Positions 40,660 through 55,562 of a stretch of DNA of 64,000 nt are shown here, in pieces; the stretch's first letter is position 1, and each line of letters begins with the position of its first letter. The notes beneath the pieces are model-generated. The model saw only the letters and a list, made by a program, of their open reading frames with translations. It did no database searches and was not told the DNA's origin. Position numbers and translations under genes: made by a program. Origin of the DNA: the human T2T-CHM13v2.0 reference genome, Homo sapiens; NCBI RefSeq assembly GCF_009914755.1, contig NC_060928.1. One strand, written 5' to 3'.

Positions 40660-41560
40660 TGTATATTACTCTAATGATACCACTCTATAATAAGTGCTGC
40701 AGATTTAACTGCGAGCAAAATATAGAGGACCTGCCCTCACATAATTTACAGGTAGAAATTAATCAAGCAATCATTCAAATAAATGTAAGTGCAAAGTAGA
40801 GAAAAGAAAAAAGAGAGTAATTAAATTATATGGAGGAGATAATATTTGAGCTAGAAGAAATAGCATCTGCACTGTATTTTGAAGATCTGAAAGGAATTTT
40901 TCAGGCACACAAGAGGACAAAAGAGATTCCAGATAGAAGGTACAGTGGGCACAAATGCTTGGAGGTGTAAGATGTTTGTGGAGCAATAAAGTAAGGAGAG
41001 CTAGTGCATGTGTTGTGTTTAGGGAAATGGAGGGTGAGCCTGGAAAGGAAAATATGTCAGTATCAGAGGGTAAAGGTCTGTCTATTTCAATTTAAGAACA
41101 GCATACAAGACAGTTTTCTCTGCATGTCCAACAGCCATCTCAAACTCAGTGGGACCCAACTTTATCCAAAATTTGCTACTTATTATATCCTTTTAGCAAA
41201 ATGACACCACTTCCAAAATCTGAAATTTTCTCAAACTCCTCCTTTCACATCTTATAATCTCCAGGTTCTGCACATCTGTCCTCTATCTTTTGAATTATTC
41301 CATCCTCCTCACTCCTTTTGGTACTACTTTAGTTCATGGTTTCATCATTTGACATCAGTACAGTTACAATAATTTTCTAACTGAATTCCACCACTTTTGC
41401 TCCTTTTCAGTTTATGCACCTCTACCTTACCAGACTGATCTTTTTAAAAAAATGTTATGTTAGCTCATATCCTTCCTTGATTGAAATTTTTAATTGAGAA
41501 ACCCATCATTTTTATTTCCTGCAAGTTAAATTAAAACTTTTCAAGACAGGTTTCCACGCT
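40660..41560. mobile_element. L2 fragments in both orientations
   Basis: Purine-rich L2 segment, then gcatgtccaacagccatctcaaactcag... Confidence 0.6.
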
Positions 41561-43315
41561 CTCTCAAACCGACTTATGCAAAGTTATTTCCCACTAAAAG
41601 TTTCACAAGGTTTGGGTATCACATTTGTTTTGCAAACTTCAGTGGAGCCAAATCATACTTCTGGAGACAGAAAATTTTAAAAAGCTGGCCATTCTTAATT
41701 TTTTGAACAAACAGACTTAGTTTGAATCCTGACTGCCTCATATACTGACTGTGTCAGCCTAGGCAATTTATCTTTTCTAAGGGGGACAATAAAACTATCT
41801 ATGGGATATGTTTGTTGTAAGGATTAATCAAGAAAAAAATTCATATAGGGCATTAAAGCCATGCCTAAAAAACAGTAAGTTCTCATTAAATAAGTGTTTT
41901 GATGATGATGGTGTGAATGATGAACACTGATCAATCATTCCAGCAGGTCCCTTTCTTCATTATTCTGTCAAAGCATCGCGTTCAGTACAGACTATTTGCC
42001 TTTTCATGCTTTCCTTCTCTGGGAACTTTCTTTTTCTCATCTCAAAATATGTAAATCCTACCCATATTTCAAAGTCAAAGTCCATTCTCCTTCATGAAAC
42101 TTTTGCTAGATATCCCAAGCACGCTGGTCTCTTTCTTCCCCAGATTCCTGCAGTGATCATTGCCTGGGCCTCACACTGGGCCCTTGATCATATTCTATCT
42201 TGATTGTCAACACTCTTGTGTTGGAATATCTTTCCCTTCAACTAGATTATGGGCTCTGGAGGTGGAAACCGCTATTCTGTGACCATTGTATCACCATATT
42301 GTCTAGTATAATGATAAATAAATAAACACTTGGGAAGTGCGTTCGGGAGCATTCCTTAATGTGTGGAAGCAGAGGTAATATTCAACTACCTAACAAACTG
42401 CAGTGCGTGAGCATTGGCCAGTCATAAAAGATGCAATCAGGCCATGGAGTTGGAGCAGTGTCTTAGAGTGCTTTGCTTTGCTAAGCATAACTCTTTAGCA
42501 GCAGGGGCAGTGGATTTGAAACATCTCGGAAGACAACTTTGTGGGCCTGATGCAGTAATTGTTTACCAACAAATAGGAAAGCATTTCAATATTTAACAGT
42601 TAGTACATCTGTAACTGGTACCTACCAGTCTAGTATGGGAATCATCAAAATCCTTTTAATCTTGAGCTCATCGAGAAGAAATAATGGCTTATTAAACTAG
42701 CAGAATGTAACCAACTTGGAGGAATGTCCTTAAATTCTATGCATATATTATTTCTTTTCTTTCAGTCATGCAAGAATTATTTATTGAATATGTGTTATAT
42801 GATGGAGACTGGGTGGTAGGAGGGTAGTAGGATGAAGAAGGTTGACTGGTTCTTTCTTTTAGGATGATTACAGTGTAGGATGAAGCCAAACAATACAAAA
42901 TTTACACAAATAACTTTGTAATTTCAATTGTGATAAATGTTACAAAGAAAAATGAAGAAGCCTCTGAGGTGGATCATTAATTAAATAGTTCTCTGACCTT
43001 GAGCATCTATGTACCCCTCCTATGGCCTATCCACTAATGACATCTGACAGTAACATCACTCATAAGGAATGTTGCAGGGATAATTAATGAGAATTTTTAG
43101 CAAATAAAATTTACTATATAAATGCCAAATGATTCTTTAAGTCTTAGAATGATTTACGTTAGGGAGCTATATGGTATATTTAGCTTTTTAATGGATTGTT
43201 TTCACAGTTTAGTTTCAAAGAAAGAAAAGTCAGCCTCTCAATTAAAATATGAATTTGAATTGGTAAACTTGAGGGATATATTGAAATAAAATTGTTTATG
43301 AAAAATTATACTTAC

Positions 43316-43473
43316 ATGTTATCTCAGTTGAAGGGTTTATTTCCAGGTTTCCAGAGTTATTCAGCATTTGTCGTAAAACAGACTCAATTCTGCTTTTCAT
43401 TGATGCTCCATTGTTATTTCTAGTGAATTGAAATTTCATGACAACATCCGCTCTCACACCACTACCATCTTGC
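43316..43473 (-). CDS. TMPRSS11D: TMPRSS11D exon 5 (end of SEA domain), 158 bp, phase 2 to 1
   Basis: cag|G CAA GAT...ACA T|gtaag; QDGSGVRADVVMKFQFTRNNNGASMKSRIESVLRQMLNNSGNLEINPSTEIT; overlaps track ORF 43296..43484. Confidence 0.98.
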
Positions 43474-43689
43474 CTGTAAATCATAAAGATATTTTAAAAA
43501 ACAAATAATATGACAATTTTTCACCATCCTGTTTATATATTCTTCTTGATTAAACCCTTTTAAAGAATTCATTTGTGGAATTTAACTTTAGACAGATCTC
43601 TGTAACAGTGTTTGCATACGTAATACTATATCACGATGCTATCTCACTTATTTGATTTCAATGCACAGAACACTGTACTCACTGTAGGA

Positions 43690-43885
43690 TAGCTGATTTT
43701 GAAGTTATAATGCCAGAGTTTTACTGTGTAACTTTGGATAAGTTATGTAAGTTTCTTAATCTTTCTATATCTAAGTTTCTTCACATGTAAAATGGGTTAT
43801 GAAGATTAGATGAATCACTATATGCAAAACTTCAAAGAAGAGTCAATAGCACACAATAAGTGTACTATAAATATTAGCTATTCTT
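43690..43885 (+). mobile_element. MIR
   Basis: tgtgtaactttggataagttat...tttcttcacatgtaaaatggg...gcacacaataagtgtactataaatattagcta. Confidence 0.75.
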
Positions 43886-44964
43886 AGACTTCACCAGTGT
43901 TATTAAAAATAATCTCCTAAACAAATTCATAAAGTGATAGGGTTGTAAATTTGTGTGAGTTAGAGACTCAACTTAATTTTTTGATACCTAGACCATTCAT
44001 CTGCCTGCAAAAGCAAATTTTAACTTTTGTCGTATATTAAGATTTCATCACTCATTTTAATTAATAATAAAGATTCCCCACAATAAACCTTGGTGACTTG
44101 ATTAAATATTCGGATTATCTAAAACCTCAGTAATTTCTATTTTCTTCCAGGAAAGTTACCTCATAAACCAGTTCCTCCACCTGACATTGGCTGTCTTCTT
44201 TTCTGAAAAAGTACATTAAAGATATTTGGCTTTGAGGCTCTCATATTCTCTCTTTGCTTCCTCCTCTCACCTCAATGACCAGCTCTAACTTAATATTCAT
44301 TCCAGATATGAATTTAATATTTATTTTTAAAAATGTTAGATAAACAACTTCTTGTGCTAGGCACTATTCTAAGCTTCAGAAATTAGCTGGGACTAAGATT
44401 CACAGTTGCCATATGGGTCTTGCAGTTTAGATGTAGAAACAGGCACTGAACAAATAATTACAACTTCCATGTCTAGCAATATGGAAGCCTAAATAATTTT
44501 AGAAAACACTTTCTGCATAAAACAAATAGAAAGGATAGATAATATATAATAAATTCCATTTCAAATGCAAGACTGGGTTCATAGAAAAGTAAGGAAAATC
44601 CTGGAAGACCAAAAACAAAGAAGAATGTGAATAGTATGTGGTGAGACTAGAATATTCCACAGGCTTATGTTTAGCATTTACATAGAGACTGGAGATGGGA
44701 CCTTGGGCCAGTGCAAAATAGGAAGTTGAACTTGAGGTTTTAGAAAAAGGCCAGGAGTCTCAAAGAACTAAACACCCAATAACAGCATGAACTAGAATGA
44801 AAAAAATGCTCGTCATGTCATAAAAAAATAAATTTATCTGTTTCCGAGATCCAGCTTTAAATTAAGAAAAAAGAAAAAGAAGTATCACCTGAAAATTCAT
44901 AAGCATGGGCCTGGCTGCACGATGTCTGAATCTTCATTAATACTACCTGAATACTCCCAGAACC

Positions 44965-45136
44965 TTTTTTTTTTTAATTTTATTATTATTATACTTTAAG
45001 TTTTAGGGTATATGTGCACAACGTGCAGGTTTGTTACATATGTATACATGTGCCATGTTGGTGTGCTGCACCCATTAACTCGTCATTTAGCATTAGGTGT
45101 ATCTCCTAATGCTATCCCTCCCCCTCCCCCGACAAC
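44965..45136 (-). mobile_element. Short, relatively young L1PA 3' end in intron 4
   Basis: poly-T, ttattatactttaagttttagggtatatgtgcacaacgtgcaggtttg...gctatccctccccc. Confidence 0.93.
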
Positions 45137-45297
45137 AAATTAACAACAACAAAGTCCATGTGCTGCTGATTCCTCTAGAATGTCTGACAGATGTAACTGC
45201 TCTGGAGGTAGATATGTTAAGTCTAGGTTGTACAGGGTCCCAAGTGAGATTAAATTTAAGCATACAATTTCAGTGGTAAACAATACATCATGAGGTG

Positions 45298-45584
45298 TGT
45301 ATTAGTTTTTTCTCACGGAGCTATAAAGAACTGCCGGAGACTGGGTAATTTACAAAGAAAAGAGGTCCTGCATGGCTGCGGAGGCCTCAGGAAATTTACA
45401 ATCATGGCAGAAGGGGAAGCAAACACATCTTTCTTACGTGGTGGCAGGAAAAAGAACAGAGCAAAGGGGGGAAACGTCCCTATAATCTAATCACCTCCCA
45501 CAAGGTCCCTCCCACAACATGTGGGTATTATGGGAACCAGAGTTCAAGATGAGATTTTAGTGGGGGCACAGCCAAACCATACCA
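45298..45584 (-). mobile_element. THE1/MST MaLR solo LTR (internally deleted)
   Basis: tgtattag...gagactgggtaattt...cacagccaaaccatacca; 5-bp TSD aggtg at 45293-45297 and 45585-45589. Confidence 0.9.
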
Positions 45585-45734
45585 AGGTGGAATCAAAGTA
45601 ACAAAAAGATTATCCTCAAAAACTTCACATAATAGAATCAACAGACAAGTGACTGTATTTGAAATGACAAATGACGTAAAAGAGGGAATCATAAAAATGA
45701 GATTAAGTAGAAAACATTATTTTTAAAAGATCAC

Positions 45735-45970
45735 CTAGTATCTGATAGCACAACAGAGTGACTATGGTCAATAATAATTTAATTGTACATTTAAAAATAA
45801 CTAAAAGAATATAATTGGATTGTTTGTAACACAAAGGATAAATGCTTGAGGGGATGGATACCCCATTTTACACAATGTGATTATTATGCATTGTTTGCTT
45901 GTATCAAAACATCTCATGTACTCCAAAAATACATACAACTACTAGGTACCCCCAAAAATTAAAATAAGAA
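45735..45970 (+). mobile_element. L1MA 3' end
   Basis: gatagcacaacagagtgactatggtcaataataattt...aaatgcttgaggggatggatacccc. Confidence 0.85.
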
Positions 45971-46314
45971 ATGTGTTTAAAAGACCAGGAAGATTCTCAA
46001 AAGAAACAAATAGAACTTGCAGATAGGAAAACATACTCATTGAAATTGAAAACGCAATAAATGGGTTACACAGAATACAAGTCAAAGCTGAAGAGATATT
46101 AGTTATCTAAAAGAGATGAAGAAATTACACAGACTCTACATACATAGATAAAAGATAAAATAGAGGTTGAGAGACATGATAAAGTTCCATGTAAAGCAAT
46201 GCTAAAAAAGAGCCCAGAAAAAAATAAAGAAGCAGTCATACTGGAAGAGATCATGAGAATTATCCATGTGATGGTACCAAGTAGATGACTGCATATATTC
46301 ATGTTTGGAGGCAA

Positions 46315-46745
46315 AAGAGGACTGGCCTAGAGATACAACTTTGAGAGCACTCAGCATATGGGTGGCAGTGAAGGCCAAGGAAAGGAGAGAGTGTGACCTG
46401 AGAAGATGAGAGGCCTAGAGCACAGCCTGATGTTCAGCAACATTTAAGGAATATACAAAGAAGTAAGACCTAGTAAAGGAAACTAAGAAGGAATAGCTAG
46501 GGAGGTAAGGGGAAAATCAGGGTATACAAGGCCATGCAAACCAAGGGATAGTCCTATTTCAAGGAGTGACAGGCCAACAGGACCAAATACTGTTGAAAGG
46601 TCCAAGAATAGGACTGATGTGGTTTCTTTGGATTTTGTTATCTGGATGTCATTGTTGAATCGGCAAGAGCAGTTGATATTTTATGGTGGTATTGAAGCCA
46701 GGTTGCAGAGGATTGAGTGATAAGTGGGAAGTGAACAAAAGGAGA
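46315..46745 (-). mobile_element. L2 fragment
   Basis: ctagagatacaactttgagag...tttcaaggagtgacagg...ttgaagccaggttgcagaggattgag. Confidence 0.7.
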
Positions 46746-47700
46746 GAAAAGGCAGAAGGCTCATGTAGTCCTACAGGTTTTCAGGGCTTACTCACTTTTG
46801 AACATTAGTGGCTGATACAGATACTGACAAGAAAGTACTAAGTGAATGTGCACTGAATTGACCGAAAGGTGTTTTGGAAAATACCCTTCTCATGGACTCT
46901 TCTTATCCCTTTAACTCCTCATCAAAACTTACCTGACCAGACATCTGTGCTCCAGATACTTACTAGGTGACTCTCCAGAGAACAAGAATTAATTTTCTTG
47001 TGATGCTAGTATTTGAGAAAGAATTAGTATAATTCCTCTTCTACCAAAGAACTATTGCATATTATTTAAAGACTAGAGCAATGTGGTCATTTGAGACATT
47101 TGCGGGAGAGTCAGTAAAGGTGACTATTTCAGTTGGAAAGGGTGGTTTTATCACATCATATTTAACTAAGGCAGGAATGGCAAATAACTAGCATGCATGC
47201 TGCTACTCCTCCTATTATTAATTCATGATAGACATGCCTTGGATTTGGCCATAATATCCTTTTATTATAGCACATCAGGCAGATAAAACCAAAAAGCCAC
47301 TTTTGATGTTGGTCATAGTGTCTTGATCTTGGATGGATACACCCAAACCACAGCATTGTACAACTCCAGGAGGGACTGTTTACATAGGCTGCACTGTGAA
47401 TGATATCCACTGGAGTTTTACAATAGGATGGCCTTGTTACTGTACCTTCACCCCAACTCTCTCTCCACCCCTTCTTCCTCTTCCCAATAAGAATAGATAT
47501 AATATGGTTATTTACATTAGTAGCTAAATAGATCATATGTTTGGCTTTTTTGGCATTGGTTTTTAAGCTGACTAAAATACTATTTTCATAATATTACAAC
47601 AACTTATCTGAACATGTCATTTACTATTCATTCTGTGACAAAAAGTCAAGTATGCCACATTGTATCTATACTTAAATATTTTTTCTACAGTTCCACTCAC

Positions 47701-47768
47701 CTCAGTTTGGCAACATGAGCTCTGATGAACTGATTTCTTAAATTTGATTCTTTGAATGTTTTAGTAAT
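47701..47768 (-). CDS. TMPRSS11D: TMPRSS11D exon 4 (SEA domain), 68 bp, phase 0 to 2
   Basis: cag|ATT ACT AAA...CTG AG|gtgag; ITKTFKESNLRNQFIRAHVAKL(R). Confidence 0.97.
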
Positions 47769-48325
47769 CTGTAGAAAGAAAGAGAGGGGGAATCTCTCTG
47801 TAAATACAGTTCTTCTTCTCCTTCCTCTCAACCTTGCAACATGAGACATGTTAATGAGGAGTAGAAAACTGAATTTTCACTTTAGTTCAACCTAATTCCA
47901 TTGCAAAACACATGGGATTGATTTGGGCAGGTTCTATAACCTTTTGATGCAGTACCTATTCCTTTATCTGTTATACAGAGATGATGCTGGACAGGCTGGT
48001 TTTTTGCTAGAAGTCATTCTAAACACATCAGATGTTTTACTCAATGAGAGATTATGTTATATGGCTTGGTGGCTTTTACTAAGGGCTTGGGGCAGGAATC
48101 ATGCCAGCATGAGGGAAGTCCACTGACACAACTCAAAATGTGTGATCCCAACAATTGCTTTTAATGGATGAAACCTGATTAAACCAGACTAAAATGAGTA
48201 GCAATGGAAAACTTGAAGAGAAGGGGAGAAGGAAGCAAAGGGCAGTCTTTTTTTTTTTTTTTTTTTGGTCATTTCTAATTCATACCTAAGCATCAGAGAC
48301 TATTTTTTTAGCATTAGTTGGTAAT

Positions 48326-48768
48326 TTCTTTTTTATTTTTTAGAAATTGAGTCTCACTATGTTGTCCAGGCTGGCCTCTAACTGTTGTGCTTAAGAATCC
48401 TGCAGCCTCACAGGAAAGGTAGTGGGGAAGAGGGGAAAAGAGGTGATGGTTAATGGGTAGAAAAATATAGTTAGATGAAATGAATAAGACCTCGTATTTA
48501 ATAGCACAACAGGGTGCCTATTCCAAGAGTGGAGGTGGAATGTTCCTAACACAAAGAAAGATAAATGCTTGAGGTGATGGATATCCCAATTACCCTGATG
48601 TGATTATTAAACATTATGTGTCTGTATCAGAACATGACTTGTACTCCATGGGTATGTACACCTATTATGTACCCATAATAATTAAAAATAAAATAACATA
48701 AAAAAGGATACTCCAACCTCAGTCTCCTGAGTATCTGGGACTATAAGTGTGTACCACTGTGCCTGGCT
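48326..48768 (-). mobile_element. FLAM-like Alu monomer split by a plus-strand L1MA 3' fragment (~48411-48703)
   Basis: gagtctcactatgttgtccaggctgg...; resumes cctcagtctcctgagtatctgggacta...gcctggc; diverged TSD aagaatcctgcagcctca / aaggatactccaacctca. Confidence 0.75.
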
Positions 48769-48782
48769 CAGTTAATAATTTA

Positions 48783-49080
<298 letters not shown>

Positions 49081-49633
49081 CTAATTATTAATTTCTTGAC
49101 TGAATCATAACTATCTCCTTGAATCACTACTCAGTCCCAGCAAGGATGTTTCTCCTGAGGCATAACATTCAGATTCATAGTCAACTGGAAGTGCTGTGGC
49201 TGATACAGTTCTCCTGAGATGCAGGGTCAGATGTATTGTGGTTTCATTGAGAAGAATGGATTATGCTGGCTTATACTGTGAGGTGGCACCTAGGTGGATG
49301 TGGATATGAAAAGGTGAAGACAAGAAAATTAAGTAGCATGCTGGATATTACATTAAGCCAGGATTTGGAGCAGATTCTTCTCAAAAATGGTAAAATTTAT
49401 GCAATCTCGATTATACCACAATATATCTTACTTTTTCAATATTCACTCCTATAGGATGATTGATGTCAGACCAACATGATTCTTAACCAAATGATAATTT
49501 TCTGTTTTTTTTCCAGAGAACCTTTGAACAATTTTAAGAACAATGAGACTGTTGGTTTTATCAAAGTACTTTATGTTTCTTTTTTAAAAATTCAAGAAAT
49601 ACTAGTAAATATTAAGAAGAAAGCAAAAAGTCA

Positions 49634-49935
49634 GGCCAGGCACGGTGGCTCACACCTGTAATCCCAGCACTTTGGGAGGCTGAGGCAAGTGGATCACTTG
49701 AGGTCAGGAGTTCGAGACCAGTCTGGCCAACATGGTGAAACCCTGTCTCTCCTAAAAATACAAAAAAAAAATTAGCCAGGTGTGGTGGCAGGCACCTGTA
49801 ATCCCAACTACTTAAGAGGCTGGGGCAGGAGAATCACTTGAACCTGCAGGGCAGAGGTCGCAGTGAGTCAAGATTGCGCCAGTACACTCCAGCCTGGACA
49901 ACAGAGCAAGACTCTGTTTAAAAAAAAGGAAAAAA
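49634..49935 (+). mobile_element. AluSx-like with 20-bp TSD
   Basis: TSD aagaagaaRgcaaaaagtca at 49614-49633 and 49936-49955. Confidence 0.96.
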
Positions 49936-51323
49936 AAGAAGAAGGCAAAAAGTCATTCTAAATTCTATGATCTAGAATTAACCATTGCTGTAATTCGATA
50001 AAGTAAATTCTAGTAATCTACTTAGAAGCATGAGCTTTAATATGTTTATTAATATGGAATGTTAAAGGAGATATTTTAATAAAAATATTTAACTTTAATT
50101 TTACTTGACTTTAATCGAAGTAGAAAAAACTGTCACAAAGCTGAAGGAATTGTTAAAATTTGATAAGTGGTTCTTGTAATTATATTTTAATTCATGATTT
50201 GGCATTGCACTGGCACCGGCTAGACTGGACTAAAATGTTAAGTATCCACCTTAACATTTCTGTTATGTGGACAACATTAAGAGGCAATTTAGTAAGGACT
50301 AAGATAATAAGCAACATAAAGAAAGCAAGTTGATTAATTGGTTGATATGCAAATACAAGAATAAAAGAAGAGGCCTATGAATAAGATTTCATATTTCACA
50401 GAGTGGGTGAAAATGTTACTACCAACTCTCATTAGAACTTAACAAATGCTTGGTAAGAAAATCAGTAAGGAGATGCTTGAAGAGTATTCTAATGAGATAG
50501 TGATAAGGGCAGTAGATGGAAAATACAGAGACAGGTTAGTTTAGCTTGCATCACAAAGTTTAATGAACCATATAAACTTTCTTCCTCTCAGTTTCTCCAT
50601 CTGTAAAAGGAAAGTAGTTAACGTGTATTAAAATGATTCATCTGTATGCAGTTGACTACTGCAAATCATAGAGACGATGTATCTACTTTTCATAAGTTTT
50701 ACATTCAATCTTTTAGCCTTTTCCCTCCCTCTACAATTATTAACCTGTTCAAATGAGTTTACTTTAATACACATTTTATTTTGTAACCTGTACTGCTGAC
50801 ACTTTCATTACATTGGACAAAAACTGAGTAAACATTGAAAAAATGAGAACTATTTAATATTTCCCTTCTGATTGAGGTGACAATATTATTTTTTAAATCT
50901 AGAATAGTCTATAATCCTTAATATCCATAATATTCATAATCAAAAGACTGAAGCAAGTTATGGCATGTGTAAGAAAATTCTAACAAAGTGAACATCACTA
51001 AATCTGTTAGTAGAACAGGTCACATAAAGGTTGAAACACTGCACACAGGATATCTATAATTGTCACATATTTTTCATGGCTGCAATAGAAAGGTCTTATT
51101 AGTTGCCTGTGAATATATCAGATTAATCACCTTCTTTAGTGCATTATTACTTGATAGTTATAGCTTTGCTCATATTATTAGAATAGAAGTAATAGAAGTA
51201 ATGCTTTTGTCATTTTAATCACTCTTCTGTTACAACTTTCTCTTTCGTTTCACCAGAAGATCTGGAAAGCTCAGTTGTCAAGGAGGAGATAAAATATGTG
51301 GCAATATGATCTATCTATTACTA

Positions 51324-53011
<1,688 letters not shown>

Positions 53012-53499
53012 TGAACTCCACCGTGACTGTAATCATGTCCTTATTTTGTGTTTCTTAGACACTTGCATCATTTATTCACTCAGTCAACAAATATTTGAAC
53101 ACCAAGTATGTGCCAAATTCTCTTCTAGGCTTTCAGTAACAATCAATTCTTGTTAAATGGATGTGCCTGAAAGGAATTTTACCCGAAATCCCTGATGGTA
53201 TAAGTTATGTGATAAGATTAATTTTAAATTAATATTGCTCTCTTTCTCCTCCCATGTTCTAGTTTGTTTATGGAAATGCCATTCAATATATTTTGGGAAA
53301 AAAGTATTTGTTGTTTGCAGACATTTGTTGCAATGTCACTCCTGATGGCAAAGGAGAGATTTAATGACTCAGTTTATCCCAGGTATTAATCCTGATTGAA
53401 GTCTTTTGTTTTATTTGGAGAAAACCATGTAAGTAGAATGCATTCATAGTTTTGATACATGTACTTTGTAAACAGGTACTTTCGTTATTTCTAAATGGC

Positions 53500-54715
53500 C
53501 TCATTCATTTACTTATTCAACAATTGTTTTTGAGCATCTCTTGTGTGCCACCACCTCCCGCCCTCCTTCTGTCAGGTATTGGAATACAACGATGGATAGA
53601 AAACAGTAATCTGGCCATCATGAAGCTTATGTCTAATGGATGGAAATAGACCTAATCAAATAATCATTCATAATTAAGTAAAATTATAACTGTGAAAAGT
53701 GCAGCAATACAGTAGAGGGACCTGAGCCAATTAATGATATTAGAGACATTTCTTAGAGGAAATGCTTATTGAGCTGAGATTTTCAGGAAGAATCAGACTT
53801 AGCTGATTGAAGTGGAAGGAAAAAGGCTCCTCAGCAGAATGAATGGCACATGCACAGTCCTGAGGTGGGAGGAAACAGGTTGTACTTAAGGAATGAAAGA
53901 AAGCCAGTGCAACTGTACCATGGAGAGCAAGTAGGCTAGGGTGACAGGAAATTCCCAATCATGCCGGTCTTCGAACTTGAAGCATTTGGTTTTATCATAA
54001 ACAATGGGAAACCATGGAAGTGTTTGAAGCAAGAGGATAATATAGTGGGATTTGCAATTTGAGAACAATCTGTCTTGCTACATATAGATAATCAGTTTTG
54101 GAGAAAAAATAATGCAAATGAACAGATTAGGTTTGTTGCTATTTTGGTACCCTAGGGTAGAGGCGATGGCTTGGATAGTCATGCAGCAATGGATATGGAG
54201 AGAGGTGAATGGATTTGAAGGAAATACAGGGGATTAAGAATACAGTGGCTGCTGATGGATAGGATATTTGGAATGATAGTAGAATTTTAAGGATGAATTC
54301 TAGGTTTTTGATTTGGATAACTGAATAAATGGTATTGCTATTAATAGGGATAGGTATTGTTGGTGGAAAGCTAGGATGGTGTGGGGACATCATGAGTTTG
54401 ATTTTGAGAGATAATATATTTGAGTTGTTTTGAAACAGCCATGTAAGGATATCAAGCTGGTAACTAGAGTACAAAAGAATGTCTAGGCTGGAAATATAGT
54501 GAATCATTGGCGTATAAATACAGGTTGAAGTAATGGGCATGTATGTATGGGATCATCTCGACAGAATGATAGTGTCAGAGGAGAGGGGGACATAAGTAAA
54601 GCTTTGAGGTGTTTCAATATTTAATGGCAGTGTAGAGGAGGGGGAGCCTGTAAAGAACACAGAGAAGTAATGACCAGTGAGGCAGGCTGGGAAAATGAGG
54701 TGAATGAGTGCCATG
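53500..54715 (-). mobile_element. L2 (~1.2 kb 3' region)
   Basis: cattcatttacttattcaacaattgtttttgagcatct...ggaatgaaagaaagccagtg...ggatgaattctaggtttttg. Confidence 0.85.
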
Positions 54716-55409
54716 AGTATATCACATTAAAAATAACAAAATCATAGATTTTTTGTGTAAGAATGTACTATAGAAATTATCTAGTCCAACTATTTTATTT
54801 TACTCGTGAATAAACTGAGGACCAGAAATGACAAGTGAATTGCTAAATAAAATAAAAAATTCTGAGACTATTTCACTGCTCATTCAGTGTTAACACTTTG
54901 TCTATGGGATAGAGATAACAATAATACTCATATTATCATGAGAAATGGTATGATCCTTAGATTTTGAGTCAAGAGACCCTGGTTTGAATTCTCATTATAC
55001 CACTTTCCAGCTCAATGGCCTTTGATGCGTTTCTTAATCTCACAATCTTTACTTACCAGTCTATACAAATGATTTATAATTTTTATGGCATTGTATTAGA
55101 GTACTATTCATGTATCATTTTAAATGTTCAAAGTGTTTTTACAAAGGGATACATATGTAAGATTAACTAGGGAACTCATACATCAGAAGAATTTCATGGA
55201 AATCTTGAAATACTAAATATATTGTCAAGCCACAGTACTCTAAATATCCTACTGCTGCAAGCAAAGATTACTTACAGAAAGAGATTAGAGTACAGAAAAA
55301 AAGACAAAGAAGGATTTAGTGTATGATAAAGGTGACATGACAAATACATCAACTGCACTATTTAACACACTTAGTGTTTAATAGTGTGTTAAATAGGTGT
55401 TTTAACTAG

Positions 55410-55562
55410 AAAGCATCATCTACAAACCAGAAGGTGGCCCCTCAGACACCAGATCTGCTGGTGCATTAATCTTTGACTTCTCCTGTGAGAAATAAATTTT
55501 TGTCGTGCATATGCCACCCAGTCTATGGTATTTTGTTGCAGCCGCTCAAACAGATGAAACCA
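55410..55562 (+). mobile_element. MLT1A/B LTR 3' fragment
   Basis: catctacaaaccagaagg...tgtgagaaataaattt...gccacccagtctatggtattttgttgcagc. Confidence 0.85.
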
